Assembly: GCA_973895155.1 (NCBI GenBank)
Contig: OZ316894.1
Location: 12,688,828-12,752,827 of the forward strand
Source: Marsupella aquatica
Lineage: Eukaryota > Plantae > Marchantiophyta
Reading direction: 5' to 3'
DNA length: 64,000 nt
Positions 32,149-44,450 of the stretch are shown here, in pieces. The notes beneath the pieces were generated by a model. The model was not told the DNA's origin, ran no database searches, and saw nothing but the letters and a program-made list of their open reading frames with translations. How positions within the stretch are numbered: position 1 is the first letter of the stretch; each line of letters starts with the position of its first letter. Both the position numbers and the translations under genes were made by a program.

Positions 32149-32751
32149 CATCTCGACCTTCGACGTTTCAGCAACCTCATTCTGAAATCTCCACGTTGTT
32201 TGCTTGCCGAAAAGTTAAGACTGGGTGAACAATGTCGAGTAATCGAATATGGAGCGCCAGAGCACGCTGACTCTATTTGAGTCGAAACCTTGCCAACGCT
32301 AGCCACCGGTCGAATGAGAGTTGGACCCACATTTTGGGCACACCATGTATGGTACAAAGCTCGAGACTCCTTAACGTAGGTGAAAAAAAAGGCTGTCATA
32401 AGACAATCACGAAGGCTCCGTTATATGCAATTCACAGGTTCTATACATTCTCACATATTCCAGTAAATGAAAAGCTGCTTATCTCGATGCCTTGCAAAAC
32501 TGCTCTTGATTGGTAACCTTGAAGGCTACACTTGGTGGAGCTAGCTATTTATGCACAACTCTGACAATCCATGGACGATTCCATATTTGATCAATAGGAC
32601 TCCACATATCTAGAGCATTTATCTTGATATAATGTCACCTCACGATTCCATTCTGAATGCCATTCTACGAAGGAATTTAATATCAGAAGGATTCAAAATA
32701 GCTGATGGGACGACATTCAGGCTGGGACAGGACGCCGATTGATTCAGTTTT

Positions 32752-33663
32752 CTATCTGCTGATGAGGTTTACCAGGAGTTTTATAAAAGTGAAACTTTTG
32801 GATAACGAACATAGTAAGGATTTCGCACCTGGATTTTGAGATTGAAGCTCAAAGATTCTTTGAGGACTGTAGAAGCACAACAGGTGGAAGAGTGGATCAA
32901 ATGTCGATGCAGGGTTTACCAGACCATGGTCTTGTGGGAGCTCATCGTATTCCTGATCGGAGGGTGATGCAAGTTTTGAATTTCTGCTGCTGGTGCATTC
33001 GTTTGCCTCCGCAAAGTTTGAAAATGATGTCGCATCGAATTTTCTTTTTTTGTAAGGAAATTGGTGAGCTGTGCTACAGGAGACTCCTGAAGTGTTATCG
33101 TCCGATATAACAAGTGGCTTGTTGGAAGTTGGTTGGGAAGTCTTGTTTTCTTCCTCCAGCGTTAGTACGGAAGCGCACTTATAAGTTTCTGCATCATCTC
33201 GGGGCTCTAAGTTTAGTTCTGACGCCAAATGACCTGGTTTGTAAGGAAAACCGTCCATGACCTTTGACAAGCCTTTAGATTCCGACCTTCCCCGATGACC
33301 TGGTAGATAAGTCACGTGCACTCGTTTACATGTTCCAATTGCAGTTGAATCGCCATCCGTCTTATCCGACGAAGGAAAACCTTCATCTTCCGTTTCCGAT
33401 GAGCAAGGGGATTGGAGGATCCCTACATCGGGCAAGTCGCTATGCCACTTCAATATACTTACGTCATTGTGGAGATCTGCTTGTGGTACAGAAGAATGAT
33501 AATTGCCAATTTCTTGCCGTGCGCTGCAATCATTTCTCTTCGTCGGTAATGCTGCACTCTGAATTCGCCAACGTGGAGTTGGTGACATACGGCGCGATAT
33601 CGAAGTTTCCAGCTGTGAAGAAAGTTCTCCACTGATGTTACTACCCTGCGGAGCATCGCGCGA
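32752..33663 (-). CDS. Large exon encoding a Ser/Thr/Asp/Glu-rich, probably disordered region with a KKRK NLS-like motif; possible 3' part of the 38-40 kb gene
   Basis: 314-codon open frame, far longer than background ORFs. An acceptor-like atacag| lies near 33664 just inside the frame. PYKKRKF motif. Linkage to upstream exons is not demonstrated. Confidence 0.5.
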   Translation of the reverse strand, partial: SRDAPQGSNISGELSSQLETSISRRMSPTPRWRIQSAALPTKRNDCSARQEIGNYHSSVPQADLHNDVSILKWHSDLPDVGILQSPCSSETEDEGFPSSDKTDGDSTAIGTCKRVHVTYLPGHRGRSESKGLSKVMDGFPYKPGHLASELNLEPRDDAETYKCASVLTLEEENKTSQPTSNKPLVISDDNTSGVSCSTAHQFPYKKRKFDATSFSNFAEANECTSSRNSKLASPSDQEYDELPQDHGLVNPASTFDPLFHLLCFYSPQRIFELQSQNPGAKSLLCSLSKSFTFIKLLVNLISR

Positions 33664-36600
33664 CCTGTATCCCACAACCATCGCAGCGCCCCACACAAGG
33701 TTTGGTTAATCCTGACTCATTAGTGTAGGTCGATTGGGTGGAGATTTGCAGCTATCGTCTATTTAGCATTTAACCTTTTGTTTCTTAGGCAACAGATTTC
33801 GAACACCGAAAGTTAACCTGAAATCTTGATCGTAGACACTTCGTCCCCGGAGTCCACCGGAGCCACTTTTCTCCTGCGTCGTAGGGGAATTCACCCTGTC
33901 TTGGTGCGTTCTTGTGCTTCTCCCGTCCTCTTCTGTTGACACAGTTACTGCGATGCATGAAGTTTGACCTTTGAACGTGAACTTCTACATGGGAAGATAA
34001 AAAGTTCAAACGAACTGGTGTATAGCTACTGTAGGTATCGGCTGCGAGACAAAATCTACCACGCTTCAGTTGGCGTACAGGCAATGTTCAAGAGCAAATC
34101 ATTGACAAAGTTCAAGTAGTTCATTGTAGAGTTCAGATGCTCCCACCGAGGCTCCCACCAAAACGAACCCTAAACTGAAAATGAAAGAAAAGAAGACGGT
34201 CTGTTACGTATGGTGTTGAAGCTTGCGTTCACTCTTACCAGATGCTACGCTATTAGTAATGTTGTACAGGTGATCTGCTACTCCTTGGGTCCCGAGCCAC
34301 TCGTAAACCAGTCCCGACTTCAATTTCTGATTCGATCCTCTTCTGATGAGGTGAAGAGCTGAAAAAATTCTTGCAATTTCTCCCAATCGCCTTCGTTTGG
34401 CTGTTCATTTTGTGCCATGCTTTCGGAGAGTAAATATAACGAATCCATTTTGACGCTTTCACCAATCCGAATATTTTGTCACAGTTTTCGAATCTGATTT
34501 TTGGAGGTCCCCAGACTGCAGTCTGACATACTAGTACGCGGGGCACACAAAAATACTCAATGATCTTAGACCTAATCATCGAATTCTTCACAGGTAAATT
34601 GAATTGTTTCGTGAACCTCCTTTACCACAACTTAAATTTTCTTGTCAAGTCATTGATTCATGCTAATTAAAATTCACTAATCCTTTAAAAGTGTCTGGAG
34701 CATAAGAGCATTGTTTAGTGTATACACCGCATTCGAATATCACTTATGTTCAGTCAGACCACGCCTCTGATATTTGCTTCACGGAGAATGGAACAGGGTT
34801 CGGTAACAGCAATTTTACCTCTCACTGTCTCAGGATCGTGGCCTTGGCCATCGACAGTAGATTGCAAGATGTGTTCCCACGGCACCGAGCAGACCCGCTG
34901 TCGAAAGAGAAAAACAAGTCATTCAGGATCTTGTAACAGACATAACATACTGTAAGGTTTCATGGTCACCATGGAACTTGGAAGTTAAGGATAAGAACCA
35001 GCACGACCAGCGAGGATGCGGCGTGACCACCTACAAGTCGGGTTGACATGAACTATACAGCCTTCAAGATAAATGTAGTGCATGGAAGTTGCGTTCATAC
35101 CGTACCTCATCAATCAAGAAAACTTGGATGAACTGATTAGTGAGGGCCCGCAAGGGATCAGTTGCCTCCGTCCCTGAACCAGAAAGTTCGAGTTGAATGA
35201 TCATTATGCTTAGAACAAAATTGGAATCACAGTAGCTTAAGAATCTGACAATCGACATGGACATATGGTAGATGCGTGAGTTCAATGCCAGTGTTTGGAA
35301 GATGATTATGGTCGGGAGTACCCCAAATGACTTAAAAGTTTTCCTCGCTAACCTTCCCGAATACACGAAGACTGCCAAACAAAACACGAAATGTGCTTGC
35401 GAGAACAAAAGAAAAATTGAAACGTCGCGTTTTAAGAAGTCATGAGATCACAGTTATGGATGATGGAAACGGAGAAATTTGAGGCCCTATAAAACAGACG
35501 GTTCTCTTCTGCATGCGCTACAACAGTAGGATTGTTGCCTTGCTACTCGGCTTGCTAGCTAGCTTTTCGTGCAAAATAGTCGATCATCTGTATAAATTCC
35601 GCCATTCGACTGATATGTCCAGCTGATCAGTTAAATCCTATTCATATTTTGTCCACATCAAGAGTTGGATTGAACTACTTCAATTCGAGATCTTAGTAAT
35701 CTCATAGCTGATGGGAAGAAGCTTACTCATCTCCTCTGTCTGCCGTGTTAAAGATGGCTTGAGTTTTGCTCTACGAGTGGGACTAAGAAGACTTCGAGTC
35801 GTGTCCGTTGGCTCTCCGATTCTTGATATTGTATTCTGAGCGAGTTTCCAGGATGTGATCATTCGACTGGCGTAATTAACACAGTAATAAGACAAGAAAC
35901 TTACGAACTATAAAAAGTCACACCTGTCAATCTTTGCGACATCGGATTGAAAATCTAGACGTACGTTTCCGATTGACCAGTTAGACGACTCTTACATATC
36001 CGTCTTTCGACACGTAGCGCGCAGGAGCTAAAGCTACCATTTCCGTTAGCTTTGGCCTAGGTCATAGACTTCGAAGAGCGAGGTGCCAGTCAATGAAAGT
36101 GTCTTGATCCACCATTGTGAAGTGCTCAATGTCCGGATTAAACAATTTTGTTTGTGCTAGAACTATTTTATGACGAATTGAGTAGCCAAGGAAAGGAAAA
36201 GTCGGCTTCTATGTTCATTTTTGCCGCACTTACGTATAATTCATTTTGCAATTAGCATAGATGCTCATCGTACGACGCGAACTGAGTAAAATATTGCGCC
36301 CATACAAACATAAGCACAGAACATCGACGACCATTTCTCGCTATCATTTTTCTTGAAAACTGAGCGCAAACAGGGTTGGAAGATGGTGATTTGTGAACCT
36401 TCAATTTCAGCAAGGCTGCCGCCATTTGGCGGCTTCCGATCCATGTGTACCGTTCCTTTCCTTGATGATGAATGACTTGGACGGCCTCTAGAACATTCAG
36501 AATCTCAAGAACCCTCCGTCTTCTTGCTCCTGTGCAAAATTATTATTAGAAATTCGTAGTTCTTCATTACTATCCAAAATTAAAGTAAGTACAGGATGTC

Positions 36601-38301
36601 TTCTCATATAGATCATGTCGTTTGGATTCCGACTAGATTATTCTTCTATTTTTATTCATTAGACATATACTCCGTATATGATGAGTACAATACAATGCAA
36701 CTTGTTAGTGACTGACCCACTGAACTGTGTCATGGACTTAGAGGCCGTTCGATCAGTCAATGCTTGGGATAAATTCTTAAAGCATTTACCGAGAGTATTC
36801 GCAAGAGTTCTTAAGGTGATGGTTGTTTGTCCAAGCTCCTGCTTACTGATGCAGAATTTGAATAGCCTGCGATCAAGATACCATTCATTACTCTGGTCAG
36901 TTGAGTACGATTTCATAGTATTGCAACGATAGGCCTATATCTACTCGTGATATTTACCAGGCCGTGACCCAAAGGTATGGACCAATGGTATCTGATCACA
37001 ATAGGCTGAACAAATATCTAGAGTTCATACTGTTTTACGCTTTTGGCAGTTCGGCAAAACGTTTTGGGGGCATTTTCGGACCCCCATCACAATAGTCCCC
37101 ATCACAAAACGTATTGAACTTCATCGAAATTTGGTTTAACCGCAAAGAATCTACAATTGAATCATGTTACCTGCGTGAGATACAAACACTGTTCATGAGC
37201 TGTCGATAAAGTGAAGGCAAATGATTTTCAGAAAACCGAACTACTTCCCCGACTTTTCTGGAGCGAAACGCTAGGCTGAGATCATTTTCAATCTGATCCA
37301 TGGTGTATTTCCTTGCAGTCAGAATGCTAGGATGCAGCTGATATCATTCGGGTATGAGGGATTTCATTTCTCAAATTCAAATTGCAAAGACATGACGCTA
37401 TCTGCACACATACCTGTGGCATAGATCCGTCAGGGTGTGCTCCTTGTCGCCCTTGGGACAAGGACCTGGTTCAGCCGCTGGGGCAGAGCGTCGAATCTTA
37501 CAGCCGCTCAAAACTCCCTGATCTACCTCCTGTCAAGTTCACCGGTCACAATGGATCACATATATAATGAGCTCAGTGATTCCAGATTTAACTTCCAGCA
37601 ATTCTAATTGATTGAATTCAAAAAGGTCGATCAACCACTGCAATTTTTACTAGCGTAGGAATCGGTGGCGGTTTGGAAGTTCACACCAAGTCACAGAAAT
37701 TCTGTGCATCATTTACTGATAAATGAGGATTGCAATCATAACTCGCTCGACTTTCTGGAGCACGAGAGAAAATGCGGACTGGGAGAGGAGATCTGAAGAA
37801 CAGTACAACAGGCCGGCTAGAGGAGACCCAGAGTCATGACCAGAAATTGAGTGTGAACGGCAGCAGAATATTCGCTCGGGGCTCCGATCGACTCTCTAAA
37901 ACCAAGCAGATTTTGGTGAAATGAATGGCCACCTTATCATCTGTCAAGATGGATCTATCGAGTTCCACTTGCTTTGACCTTTCATCGGTGATATGGCTAG
38001 TCGGAGGGCTGGCAGTCTCAATGATACCTGGTAATGTAAAATATGTATCAGTTACGCGGACATATTTGAAAAAGTCAGAGAAACTCTGAGGTCCGAGTAA
38101 ATAAGCAACAGCTAGCATGCGCTTGATAGTAACCCTAAAATCAAAGAGATGTCGACATCCTAGATGCGCAGCCAAAAACGTTTTCGTGCAGATATGAACA
38201 AATTTTAAGTCCGTATAGTAAAACTCGAGCGGTTAATTCCAAATCAGGACTTCCGTAGATTTCTCATAAGTAAAGCTGGGCGTGAAGGAGATTCGGTTTA
38301 C

Positions 38302-39897
38302 CTGCACCCCATCCACCTGCAGCAGGCCGAGTGGCAACAAATTACTACTCATTGCTAACCAGTACCATTCATACTAAACGTTTACTTTTAGATAACCGCA
38401 ACTGAATTGTGTCATACAGTTTCTCCTATCCACTAAACCCAGCACTCTTCAGCCGAGGAGTGCGGTGACTACATCGGGTACGTATGATGCGGGTAGGCCA
38501 ACACTACATCAGTCTGTCCAATATCCCGCTCGTGATTGGAACAGACAACAGTAGTCACAAACTGAAATCTCCTGCAGTCCTACTCTAGAAATTTGAGTTG
38601 TTATGCACGTCTAAGCTGTACGTCAGAAGTACGTTTGAATTACAAATAAAGTTGGTCAGAAAGTAAATAGCAGGAGGCGCATAGTTAATTACCCTTGATG
38701 TGGCAGTGAAGTTTGAAAGAGGCGGCACCGAGAGGAGCATCATTGTTTGCTAACACGCGGATGCTACTAGAAACTGTTGTACCGAGAAGTTGATTCTTAT
38801 CATCATAAGCCGCAATCAGAAGCCTGAACTTGGAAGTCTCATGGCGAGGGCATACGTGAGTACTTGCTTCATCTATTGCAATATACAGATGCCGAGGTTC
38901 CTTCCAAGAATCTTCGCCATCCAGTGTTGTGGCATTTCGTCTTGGCATCCTACCAAATCTCTGAAGTCCCCGAATAACGGGACCCTTGCATCCTTTCCGA
39001 CACTTCGATCGAGTGACCGGAATCCAGTGATATGTTACTGAGTGTTCGTCCGTCGCTGTAGTGCTGTATGGTGCAGCATAGACTACATATATATACAAAT
39101 ACATGCGATTATTGTTCACAAAGCGTACGTTGAATTTTAAGCAGCTTTCCCGGAGTTGCTCATCGACCTCAGGCCCCACACAAGTCTCTATAGCCTCCGA
39201 TACCTTCAATTCTGCTGGCTTCCCAGTCCCGACATCTTTAATGACAAGCTCCACTTGGTTGTATGAGCATTTCTGCTTTCCAAGCTTGTATGCCCTGCAT
39301 GACGATACGGTATACGTCTCCACATCATGAATCAGCTTCTGTAGGTATATATATTAAGCTTGTGGTCTAAAGACTAGATTCTAATACTCAAGAGAGCTGA
39401 TTCATGTAAACACGTGTGAAAAAATAATATGATACCAATGGATGCAACGTCAGTTCGTTGTCGATTGCGCATGTATCCAGAATATTTATTGATCTTACCT
39501 CAATTCCGATTGTTCGGAGATGGCAACGGCACTGCTTGTGGAGATAGGACACAGCATATCTGATCCTCTGAATACAGGTGGCAGCCCCATCATACTCTCT
39601 CTTCCATTTCCGAGCACTAGGGCCTGAAACTTCGGGATCGCATTTCTCTTGTGTACTCTAATTATCCAGGTCTGGTGAGAGAATGTAGATCATATACTTT
39701 CACTTTGAAATTGAAACAAGAAAACCCGACCGCCGTTAGGGCACCTGGAGCAGTGTTATATAGCTCGACGACAACGTACATTAAGTGTTTCTACTAACTG
39801 TGCCCCATACGTAGTGATTAGTTAGTAACGATAAGAGTTGTTCTTGGCATAGAGTGCCATGATGGTACCCTTGAGACCCCTCTATACCCAGGTCCAT
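38302..39897 (-). CDS. Uncharacterised spliced gene with a ~260-aa globular domain, putative CudA/STAT-like beta-sandwich DNA-binding domain
   Basis: Exon ~39658-39499 (PSARKWKREYDGAATCIQRIRYAVSYLHKQCRCHLRTIGIE|gtaag) joins in phase 0 to exon 39338-38693 (tacag|KLIHDVETYTVSSCRAYKLG...VSSSIRVLANNDAPLGAA). A 15-nt micro-exon at 38316-38302 and an exon from 38027 follow, all phase-compatible. Start codon (39897) and 3' exons are uncertain. Confidence 0.7.
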
Positions 39898-40700
39898 GTA
39901 ATCGCGTGCCTCAGTACCATGGAGCCATTGCTTTGATTCGAACCTGATACATTACGAAGTCGACGATTCAGTAGCGACACACCATGCATTCACATCAAAT
40001 CCAAGTTCTCAAGCCCTGCTGACCGTATTTTCCACATCTAGAATTAATTGAATATTTTGAGCCAAAGAAAGGTAGCTAGCTCGTCAAGTCCTACAAAAGT
40101 TATGGGCGAATACATGCACCCGGAAACTGAGCAATGAGACTAACCTCAAATTGTAGGTACACAACATCTAGACACACACAGGCTGATTCACATTATGGTA
40201 CCAGCGACGAATATAGCATAGACGAAGGCCACCATGTGTTTTCGCGTTTGCAGCTCCAAATTCAGTTTGAGACCAAAGAGAAGATGCACATAATTCGATC
40301 AGTGAACGGAAGGTCTACATGAAGAAACTGCAACCTCGAAAACGGACATGACAATAAGACTTTCTTCAATTCGCACTCAGCATGTAGCCAAAACCCAGGC
40401 CTGCATGGCCAAGACGGCGCCTGCTCTAATGGATGGAATTCGCGATCTCAGTAGTACACCATCTGTTCGTCTGTCCGTCCTGGGCAGATTGTTTGAGACT
40501 TTGATCTGATCGATAGATCCGATTCCCTCGCTGCACTGATAAAGGTTCCTCACTAGGCGCCCGATGTCTATGAGGGCAGTATCTGTCTAGCTCAGTGCGC
40601 GGCCAAACGCGCGCTTCTACCCACCCCACTTGCAGCTTAACCAGGCGCCGGCTGGTAGTCTGGTGGTAAGTAAATGCTCCTCCCCCGCGGTTCACTGCAG

Positions 40701-40722
40701 GAACCAACGGTCGCTAACGGCA
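40701..40722. promoter_or_regulatory. Tandem MSA-like (AACGG) MYB sites upstream of the uncharacterised gene
   Basis: ACCAACGGTC immediately followed by GCTAACGGCA, close to the MSA consensus YCYAACGGYY. Confidence 0.4.
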
Positions 40723-41378
40723 ACGTTACCGAGGGAAATCACCAAAACTGTGTGCATGGCATGGAGGGCGATTATTAAACGAGGCTACGTCGAGGGAGGG
40801 CGTCGATCGAGGGGTTCGGGAGGCGGGGAAGGTGTGTTACTTTTCTAATTTTGAATCCAATCTTATGCGTGTTTTCGCCATCGATCTTGCCTTGCCAACC
40901 CGTTGTTGTGTTCGAGTCGTGCCGTTACTATCTTATTTGGCTCATTTAGGCGCGGCCGGCCTGCCTATGCCATCTTGGCATGACTCACGTACCCGGCCAG
41001 GCACAGATACATTACGTATTATTAGCTGTTAAATTTTGGGTTTCAATTCCGATACGGTACTACATGTACCTGGCTTGTTCCAAATGTCCTCCGTATACAT
41101 CTTGCAGTTCGAACGCTTGAATATGTGTCCATCGATATGTTGTTTATTTCCCGGCCCTTTTTAGACACAACGTAGTTTCGTGGATGGGAACTTGAATATG
41201 GTATTCCTTCGCGTTTTACTTTCTAAACATTGGCGCCCTTTGAAATATCTTCTACCCCGATCTTCTGCAGTGACCTTGAGTCTCGAATGCATGTGCGCGT
41301 AATTTATTTGAACTTATTATTCACATAAGTTCAACTAAATGATGCCGACATGCATATCAGACAGCTTTGTAGTATAAT

Positions 41379-41456
41379 GAAACTCCGAATACGAGCTAGT
41401 CAAGACAGATTGTACTGTTATGAAACTCCACATACGAGCTAGTCAAGACAGATTGA
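41379..41456. repeat. 42-bp direct tandem duplication
   Basis: tgaaactcc(ga/ac)atacgagctagtcaagacagattg at 41379 and 41421. Confidence 0.85.
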
Positions 41457-42383
41457 GAAACGAAAAAGAAGGTTCTCATTCTTAATTTTCCTGCAAATCA
41501 GGTGCCAAGCTTACGTTGAAGATCGAATAGTTAAATAAAGCACATATATTGGAGCAGTATTTATTAAAGTACTGGTCTCGTCCCGTGATTAGCATTTGCA
41601 TTGGCAATTATCAGATAAGCCAAGTAACTTTATTCCTTGACTGAAATTCCGAATGATGGTGAATTTTATTTCCGCTCGTCAACTCTGCCTGACCATCAAT
41701 GATGGATCTTAAACACCTTTAGAGTCGCTTCTAGATCTGCCCCACCTGGTTCAGCATCAGGATGATCATACATTATCATAAAGGATCATATGATCTGCCG
41801 CCCCCTGCTCATGTCGATCAATGAGCAAGGCGTTGCCCCTTGTGTACGTGGCCAGAATGGCAAGCGAGTTCACCAACTGTGAGTTCTAATGGAAATCACT
41901 CGGACTCGGGGCAAAACTCCGCTCCTGCACATCTTTCGGAGCCTCGTTTCTAGAGGCATTTCTGAACCTTCGACTTCGTGCTATAATTCTGAGTGCACGA
42001 CTAATAAGACCGAGATTTCATGTGGCATCTTTCCAATTGAGGCGCGCAGAATTGTTCTTGACTGGCTCTCAGATGATACTATCCTGCTGGTCAAGTTCAA
42101 AAATCTATGCTGCTAGACTAGTTCGAGAGATCTAGACAATGGCACACAATCGTTTTCAGCAAATTGACTGAAGTTCATATAATTTCGGTATTGGAAAAGT
42201 ACCACGAGTCGAAGCCCGGATGTACTCCCACGCTTTCAAAAGCGCTCGGATAAACTTTTGCAACCCTCGTTTCTCTCAGATTTTCTCTCAGATGATACAG
42301 GTTCGGAAATTTGTAGCTCTCTCTCGACTCCTAATAAAAGTTGGCTATTAGACTCGTTTGATGGAATTTTTAAATTTTTTAAA

Positions 42384-42703
42384 TTTTTATTTTTTTTTGT
42401 CTTGAACGGAAATGGGGAGTAAATACAATTAGACCTCCCCCATCCCAATTAATGTGACAGTTTTTCTGTAGGGAACCCAGACCAGGGTGAGCCCCAACAG
42501 ATCCGACAGGGACCGCACCAAGAAGGAGAGAGTATTAAATCAGGGCCACAGTGGAGCAGATAATCAGAATTCCAATCCACTACCCACAAAACCCATCCCA
42601 CCCACACACATATACCTTCCACACCCAGTGTGTGGAGGGGGATTGAACTTGGGACCTCTCAGTTCCAGGCAAATCCCCTAGCCAATTGACCTAAGCCAAT
42701 TGG
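42384..42703 (-). mobile_element. tRNA-derived SINE with A-rich tail
   Basis: On the minus strand: A-box-like TAGGTCAATTGGC, B-box AAGTTCAATCCC, ~250-nt body and A-tail at ~42384-42398. Similar T-rich flanks (TTTTTAAATTTTT / TTTTTTAATTTTT) are a TSD candidate. Confidence 0.65.
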
Positions 42704-43982
42704 TTTTTTAATTTTTTTTGGGTTGATGGACTTTACCATGTATCATCTTTGTAATTAAATTAATGGTTTCTAACAAACGCAAGAACATCTAATTGCGCTG
42801 CATATCAATTGAGGAACAAATTGAAGGTCTACAGGAGTTTTGATGATAGAAATAAACTTTTGTAAGTCTTTAGTGAGAGATACGGTGCTTTTTGAATATT
42901 CGTAGCTCTCTCAATTTATTAATAAAAGTGGGCTAATTAGACTTGTCTGAAATAGCTTTTCAGTTTCTAAAAACCCAAGAACAGTCTATTCTGCTGCATA
43001 TCAAGGAAGAAATTAATAATGAGTCAAAGTTTGCGATTCAAGGGAAGAATGTGAGTGAGTGACAATGCAAAGGGTGACACAGTCCATTCTGATTGTAGGG
43101 TCCACAAGCTCAGTCCATTCCTTTTAGTTATTTCGCATTACACACGTGAGGTTAGAACATGACAGGGTTTAAAGGTTCTAAATGGAGGAACCTAATTTTC
43201 TTATTTTAAAGTACATTTTCATTAGCGTTCCTTATCAGACAACTACAACAACTACTCAGGTATGTTAAGAAAAGCTGTCCACTGTATTGTGGTTACCAGC
43301 TACTGTAGTATCTTTTACTAGGCTAGGTCTCAATATAAACTGCCTAATTATCCTGATCCCCTTCCTGATCACACTCTACCACTGTCTTAATTTTGCTTTA
43401 TATATCTACTATTGCTTTAAAACAACATATTCATCTTACTTACATTGGTAAAATCTAGACAGTCATGCTTTTGTGCACTGGACAATGAATTAAGTTTTGA
43501 CCAGACTAAAACACTAGGGTAGATGCGATGGACAATGGTTTTTTGTAACCTGTTCGTAACCCACTGGACCATGAGTTACGTTTTTGGCCAGACTCAAACA
43601 CTAGGGTTAATTACTTACGGCTGCAGACCACTGTACACTTTCAACATCTAGTAGTGACCAATCAACTGGATACAGAGTTGATTGGTTTGAATGCATTTTA
43701 CTGGTCACAAAAGTATGCTAGTCATCCAGGGGGGGACTTTACGAGAAAGTCAGCAAGAACCAGAGGACAGCAATTGAGAGGAAACTTCAAAAATATTGCT
43801 TTGCAAATGTTCATAGTTCATATCAAGTGACCGGTCCACTTTGGCTTTACATGAACAAGCTGATAAAACATGAGAGGACAGTCACTTGGGTTTTCCCACA
43901 CCTGATCCATCCACAGGCCCATTGAGTGTCTCCTGACCAAAAAAGTTTGTCAGGTAGTGCACTTAACATTGTCATCAGAGAA

Positions 43983-44240
43983 AAAATAATTCAGCCAACT
44001 TAAGTAAAAATAATTCAGCCAGCTTCAGTACAGTGCCCACCCTAAATAGTGTGAATATATAATTAGTGTGACACCAAATTTAGATGGAGTCACACTAAAT
44101 TGTGTATTCATTCTTCTTAACAATGACCCAACTTAAGTAAAAATAATTCAGCCAACTTCAGTACAGTGTCCACCATAAATAGTTAGTGTGGCACCAAATT
44201 TAGAGTGACTCACACTACTTGGTGTGAATATGCTTCTTAA
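43983..44240. repeat. ~135-bp imperfect tandem repeat x2 in a TE-derived region
   Basis: ccaacttaagtaaaaataattcagcca.cttcagtacagtg.ccacc.taaatag...caccaaatttaga..gactcacacta is repeated. Confidence 0.8.
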
Positions 44241-44383
44241 TCCCAAATCACACTAATTATGTTAAGTTACACACTATATTTTGTATTGAGAGTTTGTGTG
44301 AGTCTCAGTTTGTGCTTCCATGCTCAGTGTGCTGTATTCAAGGGGAACACCTAAATGTGAGACCAAAGTGGTCCAAAGAGGCA

Positions 44384-44450
44384 TGGCTAAGAGTGGTAGT
44401 GATAGATCACTTGAGTGGAGACTGATAGGTCTTGGGTTCAATTGATGTGG
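44384..44450 (+). mobile_element. Degenerate tRNA-derived SINE-like head
   Basis: TGGCTAAGAGTGG (A-box-like) and GGGTTCAATT (B-box-like), preceded by AGGTCTT as in the head at 28183. Confidence 0.4.
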
